A DNA stretch of 55,808 nt from Pseudomonadota bacterium (GCA_023460875.1 JAEWOQ010000076.1:1-55808); one strand, 5' to 3'; shown: positions 1 through 9,280, counted from the first letter of the stretch. The notes: generated by a model not told the origin, from the sequence alone. Translations and numbers: made by a program.

Positions 1-1
1 A

Positions 2-412
2 TTAAAGGTCAGCCCCGCGCCGGGGGCCCGGGGCGTCGACGTCGACCGCCTCCACGCTGCGCTCCGCGAGGCGATCGACGCCGCTCTGACGACCCCTCCC
101 TCCGAGCGGGAGCTGACCCGCGCCAAGAACGCGTTCAAGAAGGATTTCTTCTCCCGCATCGAGTCTGCGGGCTCCCGGGCGTCGCTCCTCGCCACCTACT
201 ATCTGCACACCGGCCAAGCCGATTACATCGACGAGGATCTGGGGCGATACACCGCCGCGACCGCTTCCTCCGTGCACGAGGCAGCGCGCCGCTATCTTCA
301 GCCGGGCCGCCACGTGCGCATCGACTTCGTACCCGGGGAGCGCAGCGCTCCTCTCCAAATGCTGCGGCCGTCTGCGGACCCCAGCTCCGCCGCCCAGGGG
401 GATCCCCGATGA
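2..412 (+). CDS. M16 (insulinase/pitrilysin) family peptidase, C-terminal fragment; the 5' end lies outside the window
   Basis: The frame is open from the window edge. The translation ...SERELTRAKNAFKKDFFSRIESAGSRASLLATYYLHTGQADYIDEDLGRY... resembles the C-terminal half of M16 peptidases. The TGA at 410-412 overlaps the ATG of the next gene (ATGA). It is absent from the ORF track because it has no start codon. Confidence 0.7.
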   Translation, partial: LKVSPAPGARGVDVDRLHAALREAIDAALTTPPSERELTRAKNAFKKDFFSRIESAGSRASLLATYYLHTGQADYIDEDLGRYTAATASSVHEAARRYLQPGRHVRIDFVPGERSAPLQMLRPSADPSSAAQGDPR

Positions 413-1959
413 ACGTCTCGCGTCGAACGACCACCGTCCTCTCGGCTTTCGGGCTCGCCTTCGTCACTGCGTGCGGCGGGAGCGCTCCCGCGCCGGCGCC
501 CGCGAGCCCCTTGGCTCCGGCCGCGCCCCCTCCCGCCGAACAGGTGGATCCTCGCTATGCAGCGCTGCCGCAACCCGCGCCGGCGGTGGACTGGACGCCC
601 CCCCACGGGACCCACTTCACCCTCACGAACGGGATCCGGGTGTGGCACCTGGAGCACGGCTCGACTCCCCTCGTTTCCCTGGAGGTCGTCATCCCCCGGG
701 GCGCTGCGTCGGATCCGGAGAAGCTCGCGGGGCTCACCTACCTCTTGGCGGACATGCTCGACGAGGGCGCTGGCAAGCGCTCGGCGCTGGAGCTCAACGA
801 CGAGCTCGGCCTGTTGGCGACGGACTACGAGGCCACCGCGGGGGTCGACTACATGCTGCTCGGCATGAACCTCCTCGCGGAGAACCTCGAACCCTCTGTC
901 GCCCTGCTCAGCGACATCCTGCGGCGCCCTCGCTTGCCCAAGGACGAATTCGAGCGACGCAAGCAGGATCTGCTGTCGCAGATCATCGCCAGCGAAGCGC
1001 AGCCACGCGCCACCCAGAGCGTGGCCGTACACCGGGTGCTCTTCGGGGACGGCTACGCGGGCTTCCTCCCTCGTGGCACCCGACAGAGCGTCGAGGCCAT
1101 CACCTATCGGGACCTCAAGAGCCATCACGAGCGCATGATCGCCCCTGAGGGGATCGAGATCGTCACCGTGGGCGGCGTGAGTGAAGACCGCGTGCGCCAG
1201 GTGCTCGAGGAGGCTCTCGGAGACTGGCAGGGCAAAGCGCGCGTCGAGGCCCGCGCCGTCGCGCCAGCCCCCGCGCGGCTCCCGATCTACGTCGTGCACT
1301 ACCCAGGGGCGGCCCAGTCCGCCCTCACGGTGGCCAAGCGCGCGGCCGGCGCCCACGACCCCGGCTACTTCGCGGCGTTGGTGGCCAACCGCCCGCTCGG
1401 TGAGTCCTTCACGAGCCGCATCAACCTCAACTTGCGTGAAGACAAGGGATACACCTACGGCGCTCGCAGCGACTTTCGGCGCTATCGCCAGGCGGGTTAC
1501 TTCGGCGTCTCCACGAACGTGCGGACCGACGTCACGCGGGCCAGCCTCGACGAGATCTTTCGCGAGCTCGGCGAGCTGTGCGACGGGCGCCCGCTGACTC
1601 AGGCGGAGCGCGACGAGGCCGTCAGCGGGTTGCTGCTGGGTTACCCGGCCACCTTCGAGCGGGTCGACCAGATCGCGATGCGGCTCGCCAGCGTGCCCAT
1701 CTACGACCGCCCGGTGGACTTCTGGCAGACCTGGCCCGACCGGGTCGAGGCGGTCGGGGTCGAGCAGGCGAACCAGATCGCGAAGACGCTCTGTGATCCG
1801 AGCGAGTACGTCATCGTCATCGCCGGAGATCGCGCGGCGATCGAGGACGAGCTCTCGGGGTTGGGGCGAGAGATCGTCGAGCTCGATCGCTCCGGGGACG
1901 TCCAGGCGCCCGCTCCCCAGAAGGACGCCGCCGCGACGTCAGACGCGGCGGCCCGCTGA
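409..1959 (+). CDS. M16 family peptidase-like protein, probably the non-catalytic subunit
   Basis: 516-aa ORF with a signal/lipobox-like N-terminus (AFVTACGG) and M16 N- and C-terminal domain architecture. The HxxEH zinc motif position reads YLLAD (GLTYLLADMLDEG, nt 739-753). The start is coupled to the upstream M16 gene. Confidence 0.8.
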   Translation: MNVSRRTTTVLSAFGLAFVTACGGSAPAPAPASPLAPAAPPPAEQVDPRYAALPQPAPAVDWTPPHGTHFTLTNGIRVWHLEHGSTPLVSLEVVIPRGAASDPEKLAGLTYLLADMLDEGAGKRSALELNDELGLLATDYEATAGVDYMLLGMNLLAENLEPSVALLSDILRRPRLPKDEFERRKQDLLSQIIASEAQPRATQSVAVHRVLFGDGYAGFLPRGTRQSVEAITYRDLKSHHERMIAPEGIEIVTVGGVSEDRVRQVLEEALGDWQGKARVEARAVAPAPARLPIYVVHYPGAAQSALTVAKRAAGAHDPGYFAALVANRPLGESFTSRINLNLREDKGYTYGARSDFRRYRQAGYFGVSTNVRTDVTRASLDEIFRELGELCDGRPLTQAERDEAVSGLLLGYPATFERVDQIAMRLASVPIYDRPVDFWQTWPDRVEAVGVEQANQIAKTLCDPSEYVIVIAGDRAAIEDELSGLGREIVELDRSGDVQAPAPQKDAAATSDAAAR

Positions 1960-1969
1960 AATGACGTTT

Positions 1970-1993
1970 GGCGGGGCCAAGGGAGGCCCCGCC
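1970..1993. terminator. GC hairpin between convergent genes; candidate bidirectional terminator
   Basis: GGCGGGGCC (1970-1978), loop AAGGGA, GGCCCCGCC (1985-1993). This is a perfect 9-bp stem lying between the stop at 1959 (+) and the stop at 1999 (-). Confidence 0.5.
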
Positions 1994-1998
1994 GCGTC

Positions 1999-3987
1999 TC
2001 AGCGTCGGAGCCCCTCACCGCCGACGTACTCATCGGCCCAATCCTCACCGTCGTCGGGCCAATACTCCTCGTCGTCCCGGAGGTAACGAGCCACGTCGAG
2101 GGAGTCGACCATGCTGGGCGGCAACAGCCCCTGAGACAGCGCCTCGATCTCCACCTCGAGGGCCCTCTTCTTGCCGAGCACCAGCTCGATGCGCCCCATC
2201 CGGGCGCGCCTGAGGAGCCGCTCGAGCCGCCGCTCGAGCCGCAGGAGCACCTCGCGTGCCCCCGCCTCCGCTGCGCGCTCCAACTCCGCGCGCGCCCTCG
2301 ACGCGTCCACCCGGAGCGCGCGCAGGCGCTGCAAATCGTCCCCGAGACGGGCCCCGATCCCGTCCTCCTCTCCGGCGGGACCCTCCGCGGCGGGTGCGGC
2401 GGCGTCTCGGGCGCGGCGCGCCTCCAAGACCAGCGCCGCGAGCTCGCCACGGAGCTGCTCGATCTCCTCCTTCGGGACCCTCCGCGACGCCTCCGCCTCA
2501 CGGAGCAGGCGCCCGAGCTCCGCCGCCTGCGCCTCCACGCGGGCCAATCGATCCGCAGAGCCCGCTCCGAGCCCTTCAACCCTCTGTGTGGGCGCGGGGC
2601 CTCTCTGCCCTCCCAACAGCCCCCGAGCGGCGAGCAGATCCTGCTCGAGCCGGTCGAGCCCGGCGACGTGTCGCTCGAGGCGATGCAGGCGACGTTGCAA
2701 GCGCTGCTGCCCCTCGTCGACGCGCAGCAGCGCGACCAGCCGGCGAGCGATCGCCGCGTCGATGCCCAGGTTCGCGAGGCGCGGCTCTCCGACTCCCGAA
2801 ACGCTCTCGAGCAGCCGGCGCGTCGCCGACGGATCTCGCCGCAGCCGACGCGCGGCGTCGCGGACGGGAGCGTAGCTCTTCAGGAACGCGTCGAGCTTCT
2901 TCTCGGCGGCGTCGAAATCGCAGCTCGCCAAGTCGACGTAGGCATCGAGGATGAAGCGCTCGTCCTCGTAGGGGTGTGGGCGCCTCGACTCCACGAGCTC
3001 GTCGAGGTACTCGCGCGCTCCCCGGTGATCCTTCGCTTCGTAGCGGCTCGTGGCCACCTCGTAGAGCGCTTCGGGGAGGTACCGCGAGTCCTTGGGGACG
3101 AGGTAGTAGTAGTACTGGGCGTCATCGAAGCGGTACGTCTCGTGGGCGACTCGGCCCAAGCCCAGGCGCGCGAGATCCCGCACCTCGAAGAAATCCGCGC
3201 CGCCGAAGAGCGGCGCTTCCTTCGGAGTGAGCTTCGGATCGGCGACCCTGCAGAAGAGCTCCTCCGCCTGGGACAAACGGCCCCGCTCGGCCTCGATGAG
3301 CCCGCTGAGGTAGGTGGCCTGTGCCCAGAAGCGCGAGCGAGGGCCCACCTGGCGCAGCTCTTTTAGAGCCTCCGTCACACGCCCGGCCCGCTCGTGGGCC
3401 CGCCCTCGGGCGTAGGCCACGTCCCCTCGCAGCTCAGCGGGGAGCCGCTCCTCCTGACCCTGCACGGGCTCGAGGAATCGCGCGGGGTCGCCGCTCTCGA
3501 GGCCGTGGTCGACGAGCGCCCGTACGGCGCGCCGCGCGGAGACGTCATCGCCACGGGTCAACGGCCCCAGATACGCGATCGCGAGCTCATCGGCCCCCGC
3601 TCGCCCGAGCGCGTCCCCGAGCACGAAGCGCAAGGCGCGCCCCTCCTGCCCCTCTCGGAATGCCTCGAACCGCTTGCTCTCGACCAAAGCAGCCGCCGCG
3701 GCGATGGCCTCCGCCACGCGCCCTGCCAGGAGCGCCGCCTCTGCCTGCGCCAGCTCCGTGCGCAGGCGCGCCGCGCTGAGAGGCTGCGTGGGCGCGAGCT
3801 TGCGCACCGCCAGCGCCTCCTCGTAAGCGCGCAGCCCGAGCGCAGGTGCCGCCGAGGGCTCCCGGTCGACAGCCACCTGCGCCTCAGAGGACGGCTCGAC
3901 GACGACTGGCGTCCCCTCCGTCGCCGCGGCGATGGGCGCCACGCAGAGCGCGAAGCCCAGCCAGGACCACGGAGCGAGCCGCCTCAC
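1999..3987 (-). CDS. Secreted TPR-repeat protein with a C-terminal coiled-coil region
   Basis: 662-aa ORF with a signal peptide (WLGFALCVAPIAAATEG). It has repeated TPR-like helical pairs and an Arg/Glu/Leu-rich coiled-coil tail. The GTG start overlaps the upstream stop (GTGA at 3984-3987). Confidence 0.8.
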   Translation of the reverse strand: MRRLAPWSWLGFALCVAPIAAATEGTPVVVEPSSEAQVAVDREPSAAPALGLRAYEEALAVRKLAPTQPLSAARLRTELAQAEAALLAGRVAEAIAAAAALVESKRFEAFREGQEGRALRFVLGDALGRAGADELAIAYLGPLTRGDDVSARRAVRALVDHGLESGDPARFLEPVQGQEERLPAELRGDVAYARGRAHERAGRVTEALKELRQVGPRSRFWAQATYLSGLIEAERGRLSQAEELFCRVADPKLTPKEAPLFGGADFFEVRDLARLGLGRVAHETYRFDDAQYYYYLVPKDSRYLPEALYEVATSRYEAKDHRGAREYLDELVESRRPHPYEDERFILDAYVDLASCDFDAAEKKLDAFLKSYAPVRDAARRLRRDPSATRRLLESVSGVGEPRLANLGIDAAIARRLVALLRVDEGQQRLQRRLHRLERHVAGLDRLEQDLLAARGLLGGQRGPAPTQRVEGLGAGSADRLARVEAQAAELGRLLREAEASRRVPKEEIEQLRGELAALVLEARRARDAAAPAAEGPAGEEDGIGARLGDDLQRLRALRVDASRARAELERAAEAGAREVLLRLERRLERLLRRARMGRIELVLGKKRALEVEIEALSQGLLPPSMVDSLDVARYLRDDEEYWPDDGEDWADEYVGGEGLRR

Positions 3988-4745
3988 GGGGCGAGGACCT
4001 CGACCCTCATGGTGGCGATCCCCCGATACTTGCCCGAGCTGGGAGCGTCCACCGACGAGTCGTCCTCCACTTCGAGCCGGGTCGCGAGGGTGCGCTTCTC
4101 CGGGACCTCGACGGTGTATCTGGTGGCTTGCCAGGAGCGATGACCCGACGAACCGGGGTGAGCGCGCTCGACCTCCACGCCGATCACGTGCCGCCCGGGG
4201 GCGACCGCGTGCTCGTACACGGTGATCCCGTCCGCGCCGACGAAGTTCGCGGGGGCGCTGTACACGACCCCGCCGTCGACGGTGACGACGAGGGACAGGA
4301 TGCGCGTCTCTTCCCCGTCCGCGTCGAGTCGGATACGGAGCTTGCTCTCGTACAGGGTCGAGGTGAGCCCGTCGACGCGCGCCCGCAGCGCGACGAGCTC
4401 GGCCAGCAGACGATCGAGATCGGGCGGCGGGTCCCCAGGGCGCCCTGGCATTTCGCTGGCAGGCGGCGTCAGAGGCGACGGACGCTCCTCGGGCTCGCCC
4501 TCCGTCACCGTCGGCGGATCACCGAGCTCGGGATCTGGCGCGCGTCCACCGGGGCTCGCAGCCTCGCCCTTCTCGACCCATGCGTCACCGCTCGTCGGCT
4601 CCGCCTGAGGCCCTGCGGCAGCCTCCTTCTTCGCGCTCGCGAGCTTCCCTCCGGGAGCCTTCCCGCCGGATCCTGGCGCGGCCGTCGCTGGCGAGGTCAC
4701 GACAAGGGCCAAGAGGAGTGCCGCCACGCGCATACCGTCGACCAT
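3984..4745 (-). CDS. Secreted protein of unknown function with a disordered Pro/Glu-rich N-half and a beta-rich C-terminal domain
   Basis: 253-aa ORF with a signal peptide (RVAALLLALVVTSPATAAPGS). It shows high GC3 and is translationally coupled to the TPR gene downstream. Confidence 0.65.
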   Translation of the reverse strand: MVDGMRVAALLLALVVTSPATAAPGSGGKAPGGKLASAKKEAAAGPQAEPTSGDAWVEKGEAASPGGRAPDPELGDPPTVTEGEPEERPSPLTPPASEMPGRPGDPPPDLDRLLAELVALRARVDGLTSTLYESKLRIRLDADGEETRILSLVVTVDGGVVYSAPANFVGADGITVYEHAVAPGRHVIGVEVERAHPGSSGHRSWQATRYTVEVPEKRTLATRLEVEDDSSVDAPSSGKYRGIATMRVEVLAP

Positions 4746-4820
4746 GACCCCGGCAGGTTACAGTAAGGACGGGAGCCGGGGAACAGGCCGCCCGGCAGCA
4801 GCGCCGCGCGGCGCCGCGCC

Positions 4821-5621
4821 TCAGTTCTGGAACGGGAGGAAGACCCCCAAGCCGCCGAGCACCGTGACGTCGTTCACGATCCGCTCGATGCCCAGGCGCT
4901 CCCGCTGCATCTGACGAATCTGGTCGCGCACATCGAGCCGGATCGCCAGCCACTCGGTCAGGTAAAACTTCGTGCCGAAGCCGATGGAACCCGCCAGACC
5001 GCGCTCCCCGGGCTCCACCGCCACGCCAGCGCCGAGGGCGACGTGGAAGTCGTAGCGCCCGATCGCACCCCCCATCCAGCGCACCTTTCCATAGGCCAGC
5101 GACCAGACGAGGTTGCCCATGAAATACTGCAGCACCTCCGTCTCGGGGGCCGTGATCTGGATGAGACCTTGGTTCGAGTCGACGATGCTCTCGAGGAAGA
5201 CGAACCGCTGCTGTGTCCGGAGGTAGCTAGCCTCGAGCCCCACGTCCTCGGTGAAGTGAAACGTGTACGCGCCGCCGTAGACCGGAGCGCCATCGGACAC
5301 GTCCCCCGCGTACCAGCCGGCCATCGGGGCTAGTTCATGCCTCAGCGCCTTGCGGATCTTGCGCTCGACGACGCCTCGATAGGCGCGCTTGCCGATGAGC
5401 TGCTCCTTGAGGGCTTCGTCGACGCATTGGGCGCTTGCAGCCGGAGCGCGCAGGCCTAGGGTCGCCAGGACCGCCCACGCCAACAGCGCCACGCCTGCCC
5501 TCCGCTGCGCCCCCTTCGGGCCGCGGCCCACGAAGTTCTCCCCTGGCGCACGCGGCCCCTGATCATGGGCGGCGCGCTCATCGAGAGCGGCGAACCATCG
5601 AGAGCGACCAGAGCGAGACAT
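4821..5621 (-). CDS. Outer-membrane beta-barrel protein (OMP_b-brl-like)
   Basis: 266-aa ORF with signal peptide ...VALLAWAVLATLGLRAPAASAQ. It has alternating amphipathic beta-strands rich in Gly and aromatics (GAYTFHF, GLEASYL, WSLAYGKV, FHVALGAGV, GFGTKFYL) and an aromatic C-terminus (GVFLPFQN). The start is uncertain; an alternative GTG lies at 5531. Confidence 0.7.
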   Translation of the reverse strand: MSRSGRSRWFAALDERAAHDQGPRAPGENFVGRGPKGAQRRAGVALLAWAVLATLGLRAPAASAQCVDEALKEQLIGKRAYRGVVERKIRKALRHELAPMAGWYAGDVSDGAPVYGGAYTFHFTEDVGLEASYLRTQQRFVFLESIVDSNQGLIQITAPETEVLQYFMGNLVWSLAYGKVRWMGGAIGRYDFHVALGAGVAVEPGERGLAGSIGFGTKFYLTEWLAIRLDVRDQIRQMQRERLGIERIVNDVTVLGGLGVFLPFQN

Positions 5622-5702
5622 TCCGCGTTGGGCGACTGAGTAACACAGGATCGAGTCGTCGTGATCGCCTCGGGCCGTATCCTGCTAAAAAACCATCCTA
5701 CC

Positions 5703-7067
5703 ATGCGCCTCCCCGCCCTCCCGACACTCATCTTCGCCGCGTGCGTCACCGCGCTTGGGAGCGCCGCGCCCGCGCCTGGAGCACAAAGTTCCCCGAGCGG
5801 ACACCCCTGCCCACAAGGTGAGCGGAGCGCGCTGAGCGAGCTCGGGTGCGAGCTAGGGCGGCAGCTCGAACTCACCGGGAACACCTTGGTCGCGACCGCC
5901 CCGATCCGCACCGACGTCCCCCTCGAGCGAGCCCCCGAGCTCGCCGAGCGGCTCGTGCGCGTGATGGGCGGCGTGCTGGGCTCCGGGCTGCAGCTGCACC
6001 CGACGCCGCTCTCCCTCTCCGAGGCCCGGCGCTTGGCCACCCGCACGGGCGCGCTCCTTTACCTCTCCCCCGAGTTGCGCCAGGGGCGCCTCCACGTGAC
6101 CGCGGACGTCTATGTCGAGGCGCGCGCCTTCTGGGATCGCGTCAAGGCGCCGTCGACCGGGCCCCTGCGCCACGCGCACGCACAGCGGCGCGCGGACGCG
6201 GAGCTCCGCTCCTTCTTGCCGAGGCAGCCGTTGGTGATCAGTGAGACGAGCTCGGCGCCGCTCCCGGAGCGCCCCGTGCTGGCGCTCGCTTGCGGAGCCT
6301 TCGGGGAAGACGTCGGGGATCGGATCGTGTTGGTCGGTCGCCATCGCATCAGCGCCGGACGGCTCGTGAAGGGGACGCTGGCGCGGGACGTCGAGCGCAG
6401 CTGGCGCGATCTGTCGCCGGTCGCCGCTGCTCCCCTGCGGGCTCCCCTGGCCACGGCGCGGATCCTGGGCAGCTGGCTCGACGTAGGCTCCAGCGATCGT
6501 CGACACGCGCTCCGTCTCGACGGGGAGCTCGCGGTGGTGGCAGAAGAGCCCCGCGCGCTCCCGTGGCCCGAGGGAGGCTGTGCGCCGCTGACAGGCACCG
6601 CCGCTGGCGCTACGCCCGCCCCGTGCTTCGGAGGCGCCGCGCCCCTGGAGCCTCCGCCTCTCCCGGAGGTTTCGCTCGAGCAGGGGCTCGACGCCTACGC
6701 CTCCACCGTGCTCGTTCGGCGTGACGGCTCGGCGGCGCGCGTATTCCTGCTCCGCCCGAGCGGGTCGTCGAGCGCCTGGCTCGTCGATGACGCCGGGCGG
6801 CGGGTGGAGGTGCCGGACGTCGGGGCTCAGGTGGCCCTCGGTGACCTCGACGGGGACGGTGTCATCGAAGTCATCTCCGGGCGAGCGACCCTCGATCCGC
6901 GCGCGGACAGCCTCCGGGTCGACAGCTGGGAACCGAGCGGTCGCCTCGTCCGCCGCTACGAGCTCCCCCTGACGGACATCCAGGGCATCGCGGTGTGCCC
7001 CTGGTCGGGCGCCGGGCTCGCCCCCGTGGCCGTCGCCGCCGACGACCAGCTCTGGGTGCTCCGATGA
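5703..7067 (+). CDS. Secreted hypothetical protein with a C-terminal FG-GAP/VCBS-like Ca-binding motif
   Basis: The ORF track gives 5661-7067. I prefer the ATG at 5703, which gives signal peptide MRLPALPTLIFAACVTALGSAAPAPGA. The GDLDGDGVIEVISG motif lies near the C-terminus. The stop overlaps the next start (ATGA at 7064-7067). Confidence 0.6.
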   Translation: MRLPALPTLIFAACVTALGSAAPAPGAQSSPSGHPCPQGERSALSELGCELGRQLELTGNTLVATAPIRTDVPLERAPELAERLVRVMGGVLGSGLQLHPTPLSLSEARRLATRTGALLYLSPELRQGRLHVTADVYVEARAFWDRVKAPSTGPLRHAHAQRRADAELRSFLPRQPLVISETSSAPLPERPVLALACGAFGEDVGDRIVLVGRHRISAGRLVKGTLARDVERSWRDLSPVAAAPLRAPLATARILGSWLDVGSSDRRHALRLDGELAVVAEEPRALPWPEGGCAPLTGTAAGATPAPCFGGAAPLEPPPLPEVSLEQGLDAYASTVLVRRDGSAARVFLLRPSGSSSAWLVDDAGRRVEVPDVGAQVALGDLDGDGVIEVISGRATLDPRADSLRVDSWEPSGRLVRRYELPLTDIQGIAVCPWSGAGLAPVAVAADDQLWVLR

Positions 7068-8401
7068 GCAGCCGCAGAGATGTGCTTCGTGGCCTGGCCG
7101 CGGCGATCTGCGCTGCGCCCTTCTGGGCGCCGAGCAGCGCCGGCGCGCGGGGCCGCACTCCCTACGGCGGCACATTGCGACTGCACCTGCCCTTCGCGCT
7201 GGAGGCGATCGATCCTCACGATCTCTACGACCTCGACGCGGCCGTACTCGGAGGTGCGCTCTTCGATTCGCTCTTCGCCGTCGACGAGAGAGGTCGCCCC
7301 TACGCCACCCTGGCCGAAGGGCTCCCCGAGCCGACCCCGACCGGGCTGAAGGTGATGCTGCGCGCCGGCCTGAAGAGCGCCGCGGGGCGCTCCTTGGAGG
7401 CGAGCGATCTCGAGCTCAGCCTCCAACGGGCCAGTCGTGGCGGCGCGCGGCTGCTGTTGCACCCCTTCGGTCCGCCGAAGCGCGTCGCCGGGCGCCCCGG
7501 CGGCGTCCTCTTCCCGCGGGGCGAGCCCCAGGCCCTCGCCCGCGCCCTCGCTAGTCCGCTCACCGCGGTGGTACCCAAAGGGTTCCAGCCGCGGCGCCCC
7601 GATGGCACCGGGCCCTTCGCCTGCACACCTACGGCCAACGGTCTGGTCTTACGACGCAACGCTCGCGCCGCCCGCGGCGGAGGGTTCCTCGACGCCATCG
7701 ACGCGCGACGGAGCCCCGATCTCGCGGCGGCCCTGCGCGCCTTCGAGGCGAACGAAGCGGACCTCGGCTGGCTCGCGAGCGGGCTACATCGAGCCCGTCG
7801 ACGAGCACGGCAGCTGGACGCCGGTACGCTGGGCTGGGTCGTGATGGCGACGGGTCGTCAGCTGGGCCCCTGGGCAGCTCCGGGTGTCGCGCAGACCATC
7901 CTCGATGAGATCCCCCTCGGCAGCCTCTCGGCGCTCGGCCTGATGGTCCCCGCCGCCGCGCCCCCTGCGGCGCGCCCCTGGCGCGGCCCCGCCACCGAGC
8001 TCCTCGTGGACGCTCGGACGCCCCAACTCCTCGCCATCGCACACGCCCTGGCCGAGGCCCTCGGCGGTGGCGGCAGCGGCATCACGGTGGCCCCCGTGCC
8101 CAGCGCGACCTTGCTGGCAAAGCGGACTACGGGCGACTACGGGCTCCTGCTCGACTTCGTGCGCGTCATCGGCGCCGAACCTGGCGACGATGCCCGCGCC
8201 CTGCTCACGGCAGCGTCGGCGGGGGCCGGCGGCGGACAGCTCGACACGACGATGTCGTTCAGCTCACGAGAGCCTTACGGCGGAGTCGCCCGTCGTCTAT
8301 CCCTCGGCGTCGTCGGCGCGCTCCGGCTGCGCGGCGCCCACCTGGATGCCTTCGCCGGTCTGGATCGATGGCAGCTCGGCGAAGTCTACGCGCACCCCTG
8401 A
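7064..8401 (+). CDS. Family-5 (peptide/nickel type) ABC substrate-binding protein-like, Tat-exported
   Basis: The internal ATG at 7064 gives a twin-arginine signal, MSSRRDVLRGLAAAICAAPFWAPSSAGA. The N-terminal region GGTLRLHLPFALEAIDPHDLYDLDAAVLGGALFDSLF is typical of SBP_bac_5 proteins. No permease or ATPase gene is adjacent. Confidence 0.65.
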   Translation: MSSRRDVLRGLAAAICAAPFWAPSSAGARGRTPYGGTLRLHLPFALEAIDPHDLYDLDAAVLGGALFDSLFAVDERGRPYATLAEGLPEPTPTGLKVMLRAGLKSAAGRSLEASDLELSLQRASRGGARLLLHPFGPPKRVAGRPGGVLFPRGEPQALARALASPLTAVVPKGFQPRRPDGTGPFACTPTANGLVLRRNARAARGGGFLDAIDARRSPDLAAALRAFEANEADLGWLASGLHRARRRARQLDAGTLGWVVMATGRQLGPWAAPGVAQTILDEIPLGSLSALGLMVPAAAPPAARPWRGPATELLVDARTPQLLAIAHALAEALGGGGSGITVAPVPSATLLAKRTTGDYGLLLDFVRVIGAEPGDDARALLTAASAGAGGGQLDTTMSFSSREPYGGVARRLSLGVVGALRLRGAHLDAFAGLDRWQLGEVYAHP

Positions 8402-8437
8402 GACGTCCGTGCCCGCTGGACGCCTCGCAGCACTGAC

Positions 8438-8473
8438 CAACGAGCCTGACCAGCCCAACGAGCCTGACCAGCC
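8438..8473. repeat. Perfect tandem duplication, 2 x 18 bp (CCAACGAGCCTGACCAGC)
   Basis: Copies at 8438-8455 and 8456-8473 are identical. They lie in the intergenic gap between convergent genes. Confidence 0.9.
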
Positions 8474-8491
8474 CTGCGGAGCCTAAGCAGC

Positions 8492-9280
8492 TCAGGGGAG
8501 CTTGGTGGGTTGCGGCAAGGAGAGACCGCTACGCACCGCCGCGATGATCGAGCCGACGAGCGCCTCGTCCGCTTGCACGCACTTCTTCGTCACGGCCCCG
8601 CTGAACGCGCCCTTGCACTCTTGTCGCCGGGCTCGGTACGCCGTGTTCACGGCGTCGTCCGTCCGCAAGGCTTCCTGGATGGGCCCCTCGAGGTACCGCC
8701 AGTCGACGCGCCCATGCTTGGCCTGGGGCGGATGACGGGTCGTGACCTCTTCGCCGGAGAAGGTGACGCAAGAGCCATCCCAGCGCAGGGCGTCGTACCC
8801 TCCAGAGGCGCCGCTCACCTGCATCCCGCCGAGGTTGGAGTTGCGGGCGTACAGCAGGATCACCTCCTCGTCGAAGGCCACCCACTCCTCACCGCTGGTC
8901 GCGCCCCCCGAGGCGTTCCACGCCTTCACCTTGCGGGTGGCGTACCCGCGTGCCCAGGGGCTCCCCTCTCGAAAGAGGTGCAACGCCACGTTCGGGTACA
9001 CGTCGTTACACAGCCTCTTCACCCATTTCGGATCGGGCAGGCACACATCGCCGCTGCCGTGACACTCCGTGGGCAGCTGGGCAACGACGGTGTCCTGCTC
9101 ATCGTTCACCTCAGCGCCCGTGCGCTCCGTCCCCGAGGCGTCGGCCACCTCGGCGCGCGACTCCTCGGCGTCGGCGGTCTCCGGACGAGGCGAAGCGCCA
9201 CCACAAGCAGCCAAGGCCAGCCCTCCGCCCAACAGGCACGTCCAGCTCCAAGGGCTCCTCGACGCAAAACGACCGCGCAT
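8492..9280 (-). CDS. Lipoprotein of unknown function, Cys-rich
   Basis: 262-aa ORF with lipobox GGGLALAAC-GG, an acidic linker, then a globular region with 6 Cys. It shows high GC3. Confidence 0.65.
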   Translation of the reverse strand: MRGRFASRSPWSWTCLLGGGLALAACGGASPRPETADAEESRAEVADASGTERTGAEVNDEQDTVVAQLPTECHGSGDVCLPDPKWVKRLCNDVYPNVALHLFREGSPWARGYATRKVKAWNASGGATSGEEWVAFDEEVILLYARNSNLGGMQVSGASGGYDALRWDGSCVTFSGEEVTTRHPPQAKHGRVDWRYLEGPIQEALRTDDAVNTAYRARRQECKGAFSGAVTKKCVQADEALVGSIIAAVRSGLSLPQPTKLP

